DNA from: a bacterium
GTDB taxonomy: Bacteria > Synergistota > GBS-1
Length of the DNA stretch: 64,000 nucleotides
Assembly (NCBI GenBank): GCA_030153785.1
Contig: JASKLF010000003.1
Span: 93,645-157,644, forward strand
Direction of reading: 5' to 3'
Positions 30,028-41,287 of the stretch are shown piece after piece (the first letter of the stretch is position 1; each line of letters starts with the position of its first letter). Both the position numbers and the translations under genes were made by a program. The notes beneath the pieces are model-generated. The model was not told the DNA's origin, made no database searches, and saw only the letters and a list, made by a program, of their open reading frames with translations.

Positions 30028-31112
30028 CTTCTTCCACCCTCTTTAGCAAATCTCCATCTATAAACGCTTAAGACCAAACCGGCAGAAATAAAGAAGGAAA
30101 GGGTCGCACTCCCCCCGTAGCTGAAAAACGGCAATGGCAACCCCTTTACAGGAATAATACCCACGGTCATCGCTATATTTACAAAAATATGCAAGAAGAA
30201 AAGAGAAATAACTCCACAAACTATATAAAAACCTTCTTTATCCTTCGCAAGAAGAGCCACCTTATACATCCTCCACAATAGTAAAAGATAGAGGGAAAGT
30301 AGAACAACTACACCAACAAAACCAAACTCTTCTCCCCAAACACAGAAAATAAAATCCGTGTGATGCTCTGGCAGGAATCTTAGTTTATGCTGAAGTCCCT
30401 TGAGAAAGCCGACTCCGAAAAGACCCCCTGAGCCCAAGGAAATCTTAGACTGAAGAAGGTTATACCCTACCCCTAAGGGATCATAATCCGGGTCCAAAAA
30501 AACGAGTAACCTTCTTTTCTGATAGTCCTTTAAGAACTCCCATAAAACAGGAAGAAAACCTAAGGAAGAAAAAGTGACGATAAAAAAATATTTCAAGTGA
30601 GAGGATGCTACAAACAAATATACCAGAAAGAGAAATAACATAACTACAGCGGTACCCAAATCCGGTTGCTTAGCTATAAGCAGAGCAGGAAGAAGTGCAT
30701 ACAAGCCAAGTTCAAAAACCTTTCCCCATGTTTTAACCTCTCCCCGCACCGAGAGAAGGCGAGAATAAAGCAAAATCATGACTGGTTTCATCAGTTCCGA
30801 AGGCTGAAAGGAAAACAAACCGATGGAAATCCACCTTTTTGCTCCTCCGGTACCCCTCCCGTATACCAATACCAAAAGGAGAAGCACCAAGAAAAGGACG
30901 TAAAGGAAACTACTATATTTCATTAAGCGATGATAATCGTAAAAAGCAAAAAGGAAAAGACAAGTTAAACCTATTATATTCCAAATAAGCTGTTTATAAA
31001 AGAAGGTCTCCTTTTGTGGAATGGTTGCACTATATAAATTCAGTGTGCCTAACCCTACCAATAACAAAATAACGCCAATAAGATAAAAATCTGTTTCCTT
31101 AAACCTAAACAA
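30021..31112 (-). CDS. rodA: Rod shape-determining SEDS protein
   Basis: GAKRW, FQPSELMK, QPDLGT, FLPEHHTDFIF, GLPLPFFSYGGS. Confidence 0.95.
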   Translation of the reverse strand: MFRFKETDFYLIGVILLLVGLGTLNLYSATIPQKETFFYKQLIWNIIGLTCLFLFAFYDYHRLMKYSSFLYVLFLVLLLLVLVYGRGTGGAKRWISIGLFSFQPSELMKPVMILLYSRLLSVRGEVKTWGKVFELGLYALLPALLIAKQPDLGTAVVMLFLFLVYLFVASSHLKYFFIVTFSSLGFLPVLWEFLKDYQKRRLLVFLDPDYDPLGVGYNLLQSKISLGSGGLFGVGFLKGLQHKLRFLPEHHTDFIFCVWGEEFGFVGVVVLLSLYLLLLWRMYKVALLAKDKEGFYIVCGVISLFFLHIFVNIAMTVGIIPVKGLPLPFFSYGGSATLSFFISAGLVLSVYRWRFAKEGGRSW

Positions 31113-31116
31113 GACT

Positions 31117-31401
31117 TTATCTCTCCAAGCTCCTTGAAGATGGCTTCCCTATCACAGGCACGCTAATAAAAAGAAATGTCTCTCCTTTTTCCCTTTTAAC
31201 CTTCATTTCAACTCGATTCCTGTCATAGCTAACGTAATCTCTAAGCACCATAAGAATTCTATCCATCATCTCCATCATTTCACTTCTTGTAAGTTCCGCC
31301 CTATCATGTTTAAGCATTATCTCAAGCCTGCTTTTAGCTATCTGAGAAGAACGCTCTCCTTTCCTGAAAAAGTTCCTAAACAGGGAGAACAAGTTCATCA
31401 C
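31117..31401 (-). CDS. minE: Cell division topological specificity factor
   Basis: SSQIAKSRLEIMLKHDR; follows minD. Confidence 0.88.
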   Translation of the reverse strand: MMNLFSLFRNFFRKGERSSQIAKSRLEIMLKHDRAELTRSEMMEMMDRILMVLRDYVSYDRNRVEMKVKREKGETFLFISVPVIGKPSSRSLER

Positions 31402-32198
31402 CTTCCACCGAAAAGCTTAAAAAGCTTGCCCAAGAAGCCGGCGTCCTTCTTTGGTGAAAATTCTAACAAAGGAATATCCTCACCCTCCAGCCTTGCAACT
31501 ATGTTTTTAAATGCCTTCGATGCTTCACTGTTTTCCCTTAATATGACAGGTTCTCCCTTATTAGTAGCCACTATAACCTCCTCATCTTCGGGAACTATTC
31601 CCAAAAGAGGAATAGCAAGTATATCTAAAACATCTCTAACGCCAAGCATGTCTCCCCTTTCAACCATATCCGCCCTAAGTCTATTAATAATAAGCTGCGG
31701 TGTCCCCTTGCCCATAGCCTCGAGCAATCCTATAATTCTATCAGCATCCCTTACGGCAGAAACTTCCGGAGTAGTTACCACTATACCTTTATCAGCTCCT
31801 ATAGCAGCATTCCTAAAACCCGCCTCTATTCCAGCTGGGCTATCTATGAGCACATAATCAAAAACCTCTCTAAGCTTAGAGCAAACTTCTATCATCTGCT
31901 CCGGCGAAACCGCTTCTTTCGTCCTTGTCTGAGCGGCAGGAAGCAAAAACAGATTTTCTACCCTCTTATCTCTCACAAGAGCCTGCTCAAGCCTACAGTT
32001 TCCCTCAACCACGTCAACAATATTGAAAACAACCCTATTTTCAAGCCCAAGAACAACGTCAAGATTCCTCAACCCTATGTCAGCGTCGATAGTAACAACT
32101 CTTGAGCCCCTAAGAGCTAAACCTATTCCTAAATTAGCTGTAACGGTGGTCTTCCCTACTCCTCCTTTTCCAGAAGTTATAACATAAACTTCCCCCAT
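31398..32198 (-). CDS. minD: Septum site-determining ATPase
   Basis: TSGKGGVGKTT, DIGLRNLD, DSPAGIE, C-terminal amphipathic FLGKLF. Confidence 0.97.
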   Translation of the reverse strand: MGEVYVITSGKGGVGKTTVTANLGIGLALRGSRVVTIDADIGLRNLDVVLGLENRVVFNIVDVVEGNCRLEQALVRDKRVENLFLLPAAQTRTKEAVSPEQMIEVCSKLREVFDYVLIDSPAGIEAGFRNAAIGADKGIVVTTPEVSAVRDADRIIGLLEAMGKGTPQLIINRLRADMVERGDMLGVRDVLDILAIPLLGIVPEDEEVIVATNKGEPVILRENSEASKAFKNIVARLEGEDIPLLEFSPKKDAGFLGKLFKLFGGR

Positions 32199-32202
32199 TT
32201 AA

Positions 32203-32835
32203 TCACCCTCCTCTAATAAGCTGAAAACTAACCTGGTCACCAGAAAGAACAACTAAAGCAGGTTTACCTTTTGAGAATTCCGATGGGAGCGAAATAACTT
32301 TATTTTTCATAACTAAAAGGGAAGGAGAAAGCTTCAATGCAGCAACCACAATATCTTTCTCATGGCTATTCATACCCACATAGACACTTCCCCTTAAAGC
32401 TCCAAAAACCACAAGATTACCACCTACCTTAACCTCTGCCCCAGGGTTAATGTCTCCTATAACTACAAGGCTTCCGTCGCACTGTAAGGAGCTTCCTGAA
32501 CGCAAAGTGCCCATGTGAAAATAAGAAGAAACTCTACCCTCATCTACCGGATAAATCTGTGGAAGGTATTTCCTAATCACATCTCTCGTAAAAGGGTCAA
32601 ATGCCTCTACACCAATTAGCTTCAAATAGGGTTTATCCTCAAAAAGCTTATCTACAGCCTCATATTCCTTTTCAGTGACCCTCCTATAACCGAGCTCTAA
32701 GAAAACCTTACCCTTGTCGAAAAAGGATAGGCTGAGCTTCTCCTTGAGCTCTTTTACTACCTCCTTCCAAGAAGCCTTATCATCTATTATTATCCTTATA
32801 CCTCCCTTAGCCCCCTTTACCTTTATTGCTTCCAT
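32203..32835 (-). CDS. minC: Septum site-determining protein
   Basis: TLRSG..GDINPGAEV..GALRG; start set at ATG 32835 behind GGAGGT. Confidence 0.88.
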   Translation of the reverse strand: MEAIKVKGAKGGIRIIIDDKASWKEVVKELKEKLSLSFFDKGKVFLELGYRRVTEKEYEAVDKLFEDKPYLKLIGVEAFDPFTRDVIRKYLPQIYPVDEGRVSSYFHMGTLRSGSSLQCDGSLVVIGDINPGAEVKVGGNLVVFGALRGSVYVGMNSHEKDIVVAALKLSPSLLVMKNKVISLPSEFSKGKPALVVLSGDQVSFQLIRGG

Positions 32836-34582
32836 ATGCATACCTCCCAAAGAAAAACTCCAAAACTTTCTTAGCCACCGGAACAGCAGCTGATCCGCCT
32901 GCACCTCCCTCTTCTATCAGAACAACGATAGCTATCTCTGGATTATCATAGGGAGCGAATCCCATAAACCAAGCATGTTCCTGACCACTAGGGTTCTGCG
33001 CACTACCGGTTTTGCCCGCCGCTCGTATAAAACTATCAGATAGAAGCTTAGCCGTCCCTTCAGTGACAGCCAACCTCATTCCCTTTTTAACTTCTTCTAT
33101 AATACTTTTGGAAAAGGGAAGCTTACCACAGCTTTTTGGAGAAAACTCTTTAATCACATTACCATCTCCATCCGTTAAAGCCTTGGCCAACATGGGCTGA
33201 TATAGCATACCACCATTGGCTATAGCAGAAACGAAAGTTGCCATTTGAATAGGAGTAACAAGCAAAAAACCTTGACCTATCGATAGATTTACTGTGTCCC
33301 CAGGATACCAAAACTCTTTAAAATACTTTTCTTTCCATTCTGGTGTAGGAACGAAACCTTCAGACTCAGAAGGAAGGTCTATGCCCGTTTTTCTTCCAAA
33401 GCCACAGTTTTCAGCATATTCCGCTATTTTTCTAACTCCCAGCTGAATACCCAAGTTATAAAAATATACATTACATGAATGAGCTATCGCCCGATAAAGG
33501 TTGACAAACCCATGTCCCCCCTCTTTCCAACACTTAAAAACTCTATTTCCAACCTTCATAAAACCGGAACAATAAAACTGCTGCTTCGGAGAAACTATTT
33601 TCTCGGACAGGGAAGCAAGAGCTACCAAGGTTTTAAAAAGAGACCCTGGAGGAAGCTCCGCTTGTACCGCTCGGTTATACATGGGTCGTAAAGGATCGCT
33701 TATAAAGCTTTTCCATTCCGATGGGGATACCCCCCAAACAAAATAATTAGGGTCATAAGAAGGTTTGGAAACCAAAGCCAAAACTGCCCCGTTCTTTGGG
33801 TTCATTAATATAACAGCTCCTCTTCTGTCGCCCAAAGCATCATAAGCTACCTTTTGAAGATGCTTATCTATATTCAGCAACAAATTAAAACCATTTTTAG
33901 GAAGAACCTCTTTGATGACAGAAACTCTTCTTCCCAAAGCATCAACCTCTATTTCCTGATAGCCGTCTACACCTCTTAGGTAATCTTCGTAGAGTTTTTC
34001 AAGACCGGTCTTCCCTATATGGTCTCCTCCTCTATATCCTTTACCGCTATAAAGCTTAAGCTCCGCCTCAGATATTTCAGCTGTATATCCTATAACATGA
34101 GAAAAAATTTCACCCCAAGGATAAAATCGCCTCGTATCTACCTCTAAATTTAAAACCCCTTGAGGCATTAACCACTCCCTTATATCTATTACTTGAGTGA
34201 GCGGCAAGCCATCAATTACAAGCACAGGCCAGTAGGTTGAATAAAATCTTCTTTTATAGTTCCTACAGAGCTCATCATAAGGAATCTTAAGCTCCCCAGA
34301 TAGTTCTTTTAAAAAATCTTCAACGGAGGAATATCTTCCCTTTAAAGACGCGGGAACAAAAGAAAGCCCATAAGACGGCAGATTAAAAGCTAAAACAGAT
34401 CCATTTCTATCATAAATCGTTCCTCTCGTAGCCTTAAGGAGAACCAACCTAACCCTATTTTCCTGCGCAGCAGCTTTATAGTGTCTCTCCATTAAAACCT
34501 GTATATACCATAACCTTGCAAGAAGAATAAGAAAAAATAAACAATAAACGGCCATCAACATAAGTAACCTGTTAAACCTCAA
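32807..34582 (-). CDS. mrdA: Penicillin-binding protein 2
   Basis: RGTIYDRNG, PGSLFK (SxxK), SCN, KTG. Confidence 0.95.
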   Translation of the reverse strand: MRFNRLLMLMAVYCLFFLILLARLWYIQVLMERHYKAAAQENRVRLVLLKATRGTIYDRNGSVLAFNLPSYGLSFVPASLKGRYSSVEDFLKELSGELKIPYDELCRNYKRRFYSTYWPVLVIDGLPLTQVIDIREWLMPQGVLNLEVDTRRFYPWGEIFSHVIGYTAEISEAELKLYSGKGYRGGDHIGKTGLEKLYEDYLRGVDGYQEIEVDALGRRVSVIKEVLPKNGFNLLLNIDKHLQKVAYDALGDRRGAVILMNPKNGAVLALVSKPSYDPNYFVWGVSPSEWKSFISDPLRPMYNRAVQAELPPGSLFKTLVALASLSEKIVSPKQQFYCSGFMKVGNRVFKCWKEGGHGFVNLYRAIAHSCNVYFYNLGIQLGVRKIAEYAENCGFGRKTGIDLPSESEGFVPTPEWKEKYFKEFWYPGDTVNLSIGQGFLLVTPIQMATFVSAIANGGMLYQPMLAKALTDGDGNVIKEFSPKSCGKLPFSKSIIEEVKKGMRLAVTEGTAKLLSDSFIRAAGKTGSAQNPSGQEHAWFMGFAPYDNPEIAIVVLIEEGGAGGSAAVPVAKKVLEFFFGRYAYGSNKGKGG

Positions 34583-35069
34583 GCTTCCTTAAACCACCCA
34601 CCCTCATCAAAACCAATACAAAGCAGAATATTAAGGCATCAAGTAAAACCCTGCCTATTAGCACAATAAAGCTAACATCATACTCAATTCCTAAAAGCCG
34701 ATAAACCCCAAACTTGAAAAGCTGAAAAAATACCAGCGCCCCTATACCTAACAACACCATTTTGAAACCAAACTTAAAGCGAGCTTTCTTCGGGAAAAAG
34801 CTTAAAATGTAGCTTGCGCAAACCAGATAAAAGGAACTCAACCCAACGATAGACTGCCATCTAAGGTCTAACAATATGCCCCCTAAAAAAGCGAAGAGCA
34901 AACCTTTTACTTCTTCCAAACAACACATGGACGCTATAATTACCACTACAGCAAGGTCGGGCGTCAAGAAGCCCAGAAAGGGAGATAAAGCACCCTCAAC
35001 GCTCAAAGCCCCAAAAAGCAAAAAAAGCCAAAATATGAGAGATTCACCCCTCTTTAAGTATCCAAACAT
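34572..35069 (-). CDS. mreD: Rod shape-determining membrane protein
   Basis: Hydrophobic, with PDL and GILLD motifs, between mreC and mrdA. Confidence 0.75.
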   Translation of the reverse strand: MFGYLKRGESLIFWLFLLFGALSVEGALSPFLGFLTPDLAVVVIIASMCCLEEVKGLLFAFLGGILLDLRWQSIVGLSSFYLVCASYILSFFPKKARFKFGFKMVLLGIGALVFFQLFKFGVYRLLGIEYDVSFIVLIGRVLLDALIFCFVLVLMRVGGLRKLEV

Positions 35070-35814
35070 ACCTAAGCTTACTAAAATCTTCGACCGGCTT
35101 AACCTTTATCTCCAACACATCCCCTCTCTTCGATACATTAACAACCTCTCCTATGGGAATACCCGCTGGTATCTTTTCCCCCATCCCTGCAGTAACTATC
35201 TCATCTCCCGTCGAAACGTCACCCTCCTCTGGAATGTAAAGAAGCTCGCAATAAGGGGTCCCCGTGCCTCTCAAAACTCCAAAGCTTCTTGACCTAACGA
35301 CGAGAGCTCCTACCACAGAGCCATAAGAAGTTATAAGTTTAACCCTCGAAATTTTAGCGCCAACCTCTATAACTTCTCCAATTAGACCCCTTTCTCCCAA
35401 AACAGCCATGCCAACAGCAACCCCATCTTCCATTCCCTTATCTACAACCATCTCGCCAAACCATCTATCAGGAAAGCGGTAAACTACCTTGCAGGGGATA
35501 AATCCCTCCCTTGGAGAAATATCTCCATTGAGATTAGACCGCAAAAGGGAAAGCTGATATCTCAATAAGGCAACCTCTCTCTTTAACTCTTCGTTTTCAC
35601 TAAGTAGGTCAGCCCGAAAATACAAAAAAGAAAAAAAATCCCTCACTTTAAAAAGCGGGAAAGATATAACCTTTTCCACCGGAAGAGCCAAAGAAATATA
35701 ATGGTTTTTGAGAAAGTCAATACCCGACCATCCTCTTAAACTCAAAGAAGCTAAAAAGAGAGAAGAAAAGAGAAGAACTCCAACCAAAAACCAGCCTTTA
35801 AAAACCCTCTCCAA
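35044..35814 (-). CDS. mreC: Rod shape-determining protein
   Basis: TM plus coiled coil ENEELK, DKG..DGV, TAGMG..PAGIPIG. Confidence 0.92.
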   Translation of the reverse strand: MERVFKGWFLVGVLLFSSLFLASLSLRGWSGIDFLKNHYISLALPVEKVISFPLFKVRDFFSFLYFRADLLSENEELKREVALLRYQLSLLRSNLNGDISPREGFIPCKVVYRFPDRWFGEMVVDKGMEDGVAVGMAVLGERGLIGEVIEVGAKISRVKLITSYGSVVGALVVRSRSFGVLRGTGTPYCELLYIPEEGDVSTGDEIVTAGMGEKIPAGIPIGEVVNVSKRGDVLEIKVKPVEDFSKLRYVWILKEG

Positions 35815-35815
35815 A

Positions 35816-36856
35816 CTATTCTTCTCCCCTTTTCACACTTAAAAGCACCCTTCTTAAGGTATCAAGCTCCTCAAGCACCCTTCCGGCACCCAAAGCCACG
35901 CAATACATAGGGTCTTCGCTCAAGTAGGCTGGAACACCTACCCCCTTACTTATCATTTTATCCAAGCCCTTAAGTAGAGAGGTCCCTCCTGTCATCACTA
36001 TCCCTCTATCTATGATATCAGCAGAAAGTTCAGGTGGGGTTTGCTCAAGCACCATTCTGACAGCCTCAACAATCTTTTGAGCAACAGGCTTCAAAACCTC
36101 TCTTATTTCAGAAGAGCTTATCTCTTTGACCTTTGGAACCCCATTCCTGAGATCTCTACCCTTAACTTCCATGTAGACCTCTTCCATATCATCATCCACA
36201 TTTCCTATCGTCTTTTTAATACTTTCAGCCATCTGTTCCCCTATAACCAGCTCATGCACTCTATTCATATATTCTATTATCGCACTATCCATCTCATCTC
36301 CAGCTACCTTTATAGACTCCCTGACAACTATACCACCCAAGGAAATAACAGCCACCTCAGCCCTTCCCCCACCTATATCTAATACCATATTACCCCTTGG
36401 CTCATGTATGGGAAGACCTGCACCTATAGCAGCAGCTAATGGCTCTTCTATTAAATAAGCCTCACGAGCACCCGCCTGAAGAGTCGCATCAACAACAGCC
36501 CTTCTTTCCACCTCGGTTATCCCCGCAGGTACACAAACTATCACCCTTGGCTTAAACATGGTTTTCCTGCCATGAACTTTACTCATAAAATACCTTAACA
36601 TCATTTTCGTAACATCGAAGTCAGCTATAACACCATTTTTCATCGGTTTTATAGCCTCTATGTCTTGTGGGGTCTTCCCCAACATTTTCTTAGCTTCCTC
36701 CCCGACAGCTATTATCTCTTTGGTAGCTTTCTGGATAGCCACAACTGAAGGTTCAGAAATAACTATACCCTTTCCCCTGACATAAACCACAGTGTAAGCC
36801 GTTCCCAGGTCTATCCCCATGTCCTTGGAAAACAAGCCTGCTATAAGGTCAAACAC
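35816..36856 (-). CDS. mreB: Actin-like MreB
   Basis: GIDLGTA, GVIADF, EEPLAAAIGAG, DIGGG; GTG start at 36856 behind GGAGGG. Confidence 0.97.
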   Translation of the reverse strand: MFDLIAGLFSKDMGIDLGTAYTVVYVRGKGIVISEPSVVAIQKATKEIIAVGEEAKKMLGKTPQDIEAIKPMKNGVIADFDVTKMMLRYFMSKVHGRKTMFKPRVIVCVPAGITEVERRAVVDATLQAGAREAYLIEEPLAAAIGAGLPIHEPRGNMVLDIGGGRAEVAVISLGGIVVRESIKVAGDEMDSAIIEYMNRVHELVIGEQMAESIKKTIGNVDDDMEEVYMEVKGRDLRNGVPKVKEISSSEIREVLKPVAQKIVEAVRMVLEQTPPELSADIIDRGIVMTGGTSLLKGLDKMISKGVGVPAYLSEDPMYCVALGAGRVLEELDTLRRVLLSVKRGEE

Positions 36857-36860
36857 GTTG

Positions 36861-37553
36861 CTATCCCTCCTCCAAAACCGCCCTTGTGGCAAAACTATAA
36901 AATCTTCCCCTTCCCACTATTATATGATCATCAAGCTTTATATCAAGCTCACCAAGCAATTTTTTAAGCTTGTCGGTTATATAAAGGTCTTCCTGACTTG
37001 GAGCTGGATCACCGGATAAGTGATTGTGAGCTAGTATAACCTTCGAAGCATTGGCTCTCACAACAACACTTACTATCTCTCTCGGATAAATCGGGCTCTC
37101 CGTTAGCGTTCCCTGAGATACCTTTCTCACTCCCAAAACCATTCCCTTAGCGTTAAGCAATAAAACGAAAACCTCTTCTCTTTCCCATGAAAAAACCCCT
37201 TTTAGGAAAGAATACGCCTCAAAGGGATTTGAAACCCTAAGGTTGGGAGAAAAACCCAATCTGTGAATTCTTTTCACAATCTCTCCTATAGCCTTTATTT
37301 GACAGGCTTTTGCAAAACCAACGCCGTTTATCTCTTCCAGCTCCTTCAAACTTGCTTCAAAAAGTCCCTTTAGTCCACCAAAAGTATCAAGAAGCTTCTC
37401 GCAAAGCTCCAAAACGCTTTTATTGTGAGAGCCAGTTCTCAGAATTATTGCTAAAAGCTCAGCCTCAGATAAAGAAGAAGCACCATACAGTTTAAGTTTC
37501 TCCCGAGGTTTCTCCGAACCAGGTCTGAGTTTAAACGAGGAACGGGTTTCCAT
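36861..37553 (-). CDS. radC: RadC/JAB-domain protein
   Basis: PREKL..LSEAELLAIILRTG, HNHLSGD, DHIIVG. Confidence 0.93.
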   Translation of the reverse strand: METRSSFKLRPGSEKPREKLKLYGASSLSEAELLAIILRTGSHNKSVLELCEKLLDTFGGLKGLFEASLKELEEINGVGFAKACQIKAIGEIVKRIHRLGFSPNLRVSNPFEAYSFLKGVFSWEREEVFVLLLNAKGMVLGVRKVSQGTLTESPIYPREIVSVVVRANASKVILAHNHLSGDPAPSQEDLYITDKLKKLLGELDIKLDDHIIVGRGRFYSFATRAVLEEG

Positions 37554-38160
37554 ACATCTCCTCCTCTATGGTGGTTTCCTCACCATGACCAGGGTAAACT
37601 TTAGTAGACTTGGGAAGCTTAAATAGCTTATTTTTTATAGAACTTATCAAGAGCTCCCAAGAACTACCAGGGAAATCTGTCCTCCCTACGGACCTACAAA
37701 ATAGGGTGTCTCCCGAAAAGAGGATATCAAAGCCCCTAACATAAAAGCAAACACTTCCAGGAGTGTGCCCAGGGGTATGAATAACCTCTATTTTAAAATC
37801 ACCAAGCTCTATAATATCGCCATTTTCAAGGTAGAAGTCGGCTTTTGGAGAGGCTATAACGCTTCCCAACCATATGGAGAGGTTTAAAGCAGGAGAAGAA
37901 AGCATGGAAGCATCCTCCTTATGAATAAAAATCTTAGCATCCTTAAAAGCTTTCTTCAAAAGAGCGTTACCAGCTATATGATCAGCATGCCCATGAGTAT
38001 TGAGAATATACTTAAGCTCAAACTCTTCTTTCTTTATAAAATCTATTATATCTTTAGGATCCCCTCCGGGATCTATCACCAGAGCAACTTTATTCTTTTC
38101 ATCCGCCAAAAGATAGGCGTTTGAAGCTAATTCTCCTAAAATCCAGCGCTTCAAGATCAT
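37531..38160 (-). CDS. MBL-fold hydrolase (glyoxalase II/YcbL-like)
   Basis: [24 protein letters not shown]. Confidence 0.9.
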   Translation of the reverse strand: MILKRWILGELASNAYLLADEKNKVALVIDPGGDPKDIIDFIKKEEFELKYILNTHGHADHIAGNALLKKAFKDAKIFIHKEDASMLSSPALNLSIWLGSVIASPKADFYLENGDIIELGDFKIEVIHTPGHTPGSVCFYVRGFDILFSGDTLFCRSVGRTDFPGSSWELLISSIKNKLFKLPKSTKVYPGHGEETTIEEEMYGNPFLV

Positions 38161-38621
38161 CCCCTTCGTGGCCTCCTTCTATCCTCGCTATCCAGCATAA
38201 TCGTGACCGGCCCATCGTTATAAATCTTAACAAGCATCATTGCCCCAAACTCACCCGTTTCCACTTTAATCCCTTTCTCCCTGAGCTTATTCACAAAAGC
38301 TTCATACATCTCTTTGCCCTTTTCAGGGGGAGCCGCATCGGTAAAACTTGGCCTCCTTCCTTTCCTGCAATCAGCATACAAGGTAAACTGAGAAACAACC
38401 AAAGCCTCTCCTCCCACATCGATCAAAGAGAGGTTCATTTTCCCTTCCTCATCAGAAAAAATCCTAAGGTTAACAACCTTATCTACTAAATAATCCAAGT
38501 CCTCCATCGTATCCCCCTGACCGACACCTAAAAGAACCACTACACCTTTTCCTATCTTACCTACCTCTCTCCCATCTATAAGGACAGCACCTTCCTTGAC
38601 GCGTTGGACAAGAGTCCTCAA
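38157..38621 (-). CDS. dtd: D-aminoacyl-tRNA deacylase
   Basis: VQRV, SQFTL, NDGPVT. Confidence 0.97.
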   Translation of the reverse strand: MRTLVQRVKEGAVLIDGREVGKIGKGVVVLLGVGQGDTMEDLDYLVDKVVNLRIFSDEEGKMNLSLIDVGGEALVVSQFTLYADCRKGRRPSFTDAAPPEKGKEMYEAFVNKLREKGIKVETGEFGAMMLVKIYNDGPVTIMLDSEDRRRPRRG

Positions 38622-38628
38622 TTTATGA

Positions 38629-40854
38629 CTAACCCTCCCTTTGAATATTTATTACACTGTTAATTTCCCTTATTCTGCCAAACAAATTATACAAGAAGTT
38701 TAGATCCTTAACCCTTATTGTCATAGAGATCTCCGCCATACCGCTACGCCTTACCTTAACATTCATAGAGTCGATATTCAAACCAAAGGAAGCTATCTCT
38801 CTGGAAATATCAGCCACCAAACCAGGGCGATCGAACGCCTCGATCTTAATCCTTACAGGGAACGTCCCCTCAATAGCCCTTTGCCATCTAACAGCGATTA
38901 ATCTATTGGGATCAAAACTCTTAAGGGATTTACAATCAACTCGATGAACGGTTATCCCCCGCCCCTTGGTCACATAACCTATGATGTCATCCCCTGGCAC
39001 AGGATTACAGCACCTGGCCAAATTAACTTGAACACCATCAACACCGCCGACCTCTACCCCAACAGGTCCATGAGATTTGCGCTCAGGTTCCTTCTTCTCC
39101 TCAACTATCCTGAACCCCAAAAGCTTCTGAAGAATACTAGTTACAGAAATAGTCCCCTCCGCTATTCCCAAAAGTAAGTCTTCCTCGCTTAAAAAGCCAA
39201 ACTCCTTCGCCACCGCATTAAGCTTGCCAGAAGCTAAAACCTTCTGATCATCTTCCCCTCTCTGTTTTATATCCCTTATTAAGATTTCACGTCCCTTTTT
39301 AACAAGGGACTCTCTCTCCCTTAACTCCTTTTTTCTAAACCATTGCTTTATTTTCGTTTTTGCCCTTGACGTTTTAACAAACTTAAGCCAGTCTCTGCTT
39401 GGCGTTCCATGAGAGGAGGTAAGAATTTTCACAATATCCCCGTGCTGTAGCTCATAGTCCAATGGAACTATTCTATTGTTCACTATAGCTCCCACACAGG
39501 TATTACCTACATCGGTATGAATAGCGTACGCAAAATCGACGGGCGTGGAGCCTTTCGGCAAGGCCAATATATCCCCTTTTGGCGTGAATACATAAACTTC
39601 GTCTATCTCAGAAAGCTCGGTTTCGATACTTTCGCTAAATTCGTCGATACTTATTACATCCTTTTGCCAATCCAATAAGCTCCTTAACCAAGAAATCTTC
39701 TCTTCCATACTATCTATTCTTCTTTTACCTTCCTTATATCTCCAATGGGCAGCAATTCCATACTCAGCCACCCTGTGCATGTCCCATGTTCTTATCTGAA
39801 CCTCAAGGGGCTCTCCTCCTGGCCCCACCACTGTTGTATGAAGAGATTGGTACATATTGGACTTAGGCATTGCTATGTAATCATCAAAGTGACCGGGAAT
39901 AGGCCTCCATAAGCTATGGACAACTCCCAAAACGGTGTAACACTCCGCTACCGTATTTACTATAACCCTTACGGCATGCAAATCCATAACCTCGTTAAGA
40001 CTTAAATTCTTTCTCTTCATTTTTTGATATATACTATAAAAGTGCTTAGGTCTACCTTGAACGAAGGCATTTATACCCAACTTTTCAAGCTCAGCAAGAA
40101 GAATTCTTTTGACCTCTTCTATGTAAAGCTCCCTTTCCTTTCTCGTTTTCATAACATGATTTGAAATATTCTCATACATCTCTGGATTCAAAACCTTAAA
40201 GGAAAGGTCCTCAAGCTCCCACTTTATCCTATAAATTCCCAATCTATGAGCTAAGGGGGCATATATTTGAAGGGTTTCCATAGCTATTCTTTCCCTCTTT
40301 TCGGGAGGAAGATAATCTATGGTCCTCATGTTGTGAAGCCTATCAGCGAGCTTTATCAAAACAACCCTTATATCATGAGCCATAACAAGAAACATCTTTC
40401 TCAAATTTTCAACCTGGTAAGAGTGCTCATCCTTAAAAGGTATTTGGCTTAGCTTGGTAACGCCCTCCACGAGACGAGCTATCGTCTCACCAAACTCCCC
40501 TTGAAGCTCCTCTCTAGAGCATATAGTATCTTCCAGAAGGTCGTGAAGCAAAGATGCCGCTATCGTCTCCTCGTCTAAACCGAGTTCCGCAAGTATTTTA
40601 GCAACAGCAATAGGATGCACTATATAAGGCTCCCCTGAGAGCCTCTTTTGGTCATTATGATACTTTCTTGCGAAATCAAACGCCTTGTCTATCAAAGATA
40701 AGTCGACATTCTCCTCCCTTTTTCGGAGAATTTCCTTTAACTCCTCAAACTCCTTAGTTACCTTATCTAAATTAGAACTGGATAATGCTATAGACGTCGT
40801 ATCCTCTAAGGGCTTCCCTTCCGTTGAGGTCTCTGAGTTCAATGAGGAATACAA
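38629..40854 (-). CDS. relA: Bifunctional (p)ppGpp synthase/hydrolase Rel
   Basis: HD domain [28 protein letters not shown] and ACT domains; start uncertain. Confidence 0.96.
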   Translation of the reverse strand: MYSSLNSETSTEGKPLEDTTSIALSSSNLDKVTKEFEELKEILRKREENVDLSLIDKAFDFARKYHNDQKRLSGEPYIVHPIAVAKILAELGLDEETIAASLLHDLLEDTICSREELQGEFGETIARLVEGVTKLSQIPFKDEHSYQVENLRKMFLVMAHDIRVVLIKLADRLHNMRTIDYLPPEKRERIAMETLQIYAPLAHRLGIYRIKWELEDLSFKVLNPEMYENISNHVMKTRKERELYIEEVKRILLAELEKLGINAFVQGRPKHFYSIYQKMKRKNLSLNEVMDLHAVRVIVNTVAECYTVLGVVHSLWRPIPGHFDDYIAMPKSNMYQSLHTTVVGPGGEPLEVQIRTWDMHRVAEYGIAAHWRYKEGKRRIDSMEEKISWLRSLLDWQKDVISIDEFSESIETELSEIDEVYVFTPKGDILALPKGSTPVDFAYAIHTDVGNTCVGAIVNNRIVPLDYELQHGDIVKILTSSHGTPSRDWLKFVKTSRAKTKIKQWFRKKELRERESLVKKGREILIRDIKQRGEDDQKVLASGKLNAVAKEFGFLSEEDLLLGIAEGTISVTSILQKLLGFRIVEEKKEPERKSHGPVGVEVGGVDGVQVNLARCCNPVPGDDIIGYVTKGRGITVHRVDCKSLKSFDPNRLIAVRWQRAIEGTFPVRIKIEAFDRPGLVADISREIASFGLNIDSMNVKVRRSGMAEISMTIRVKDLNFLYNLFGRIREINSVINIQREG

Positions 40855-41287
40855 AGCCTACCACCTCCCCACCAAGCTGTTCAACGAGCCTCTTCGTGGC
40901 AAGAACTGTGCCTCCTGTAGCTAATAGATCATCCACTATTAAAACCCTCTCCCCCTTAGATATAGCATCAACATGAACCTCTAAATGCTCCTCACCGTAC
41001 TCGAGTGTACATCTTTCCGATATCTTCTCCGCCGGTAGCTTTCCCGCCTTTCTCACAGGAACAAAACCAGCTCCTAATATATAAGCTAAAGGAGCACCGA
41101 AAATAAAACCTCTTGCTTCAATAGCAGCAACCTTATCTATTGCCTTTCCTTTAAAAGGTTCAGCCATCCGCTCCAAAGCTTCTTTGAAAGCCTCGTCATC
41201 CTTTATAAGTGTAGTTATGTCCCTGAAAAGAATCCCCTTCTTAGGAAAGTCAGGTATAGATCTTATTTTCTCCTTGAGATCTATCAA
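40772..41287 (-). CDS. apt: Adenine phosphoribosyltransferase
   Basis: PDFPKKGILFRDIT, EARGF, RKAGKLP, VDDLLATGGT. Confidence 0.97.
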   Translation of the reverse strand: MIDLKEKIRSIPDFPKKGILFRDITTLIKDDEAFKEALERMAEPFKGKAIDKVAAIEARGFIFGAPLAYILGAGFVPVRKAGKLPAEKISERCTLEYGEEHLEVHVDAISKGERVLIVDDLLATGGTVLATKRLVEQLGGEVVGFVFLIELRDLNGREALRGYDVYSIIQF

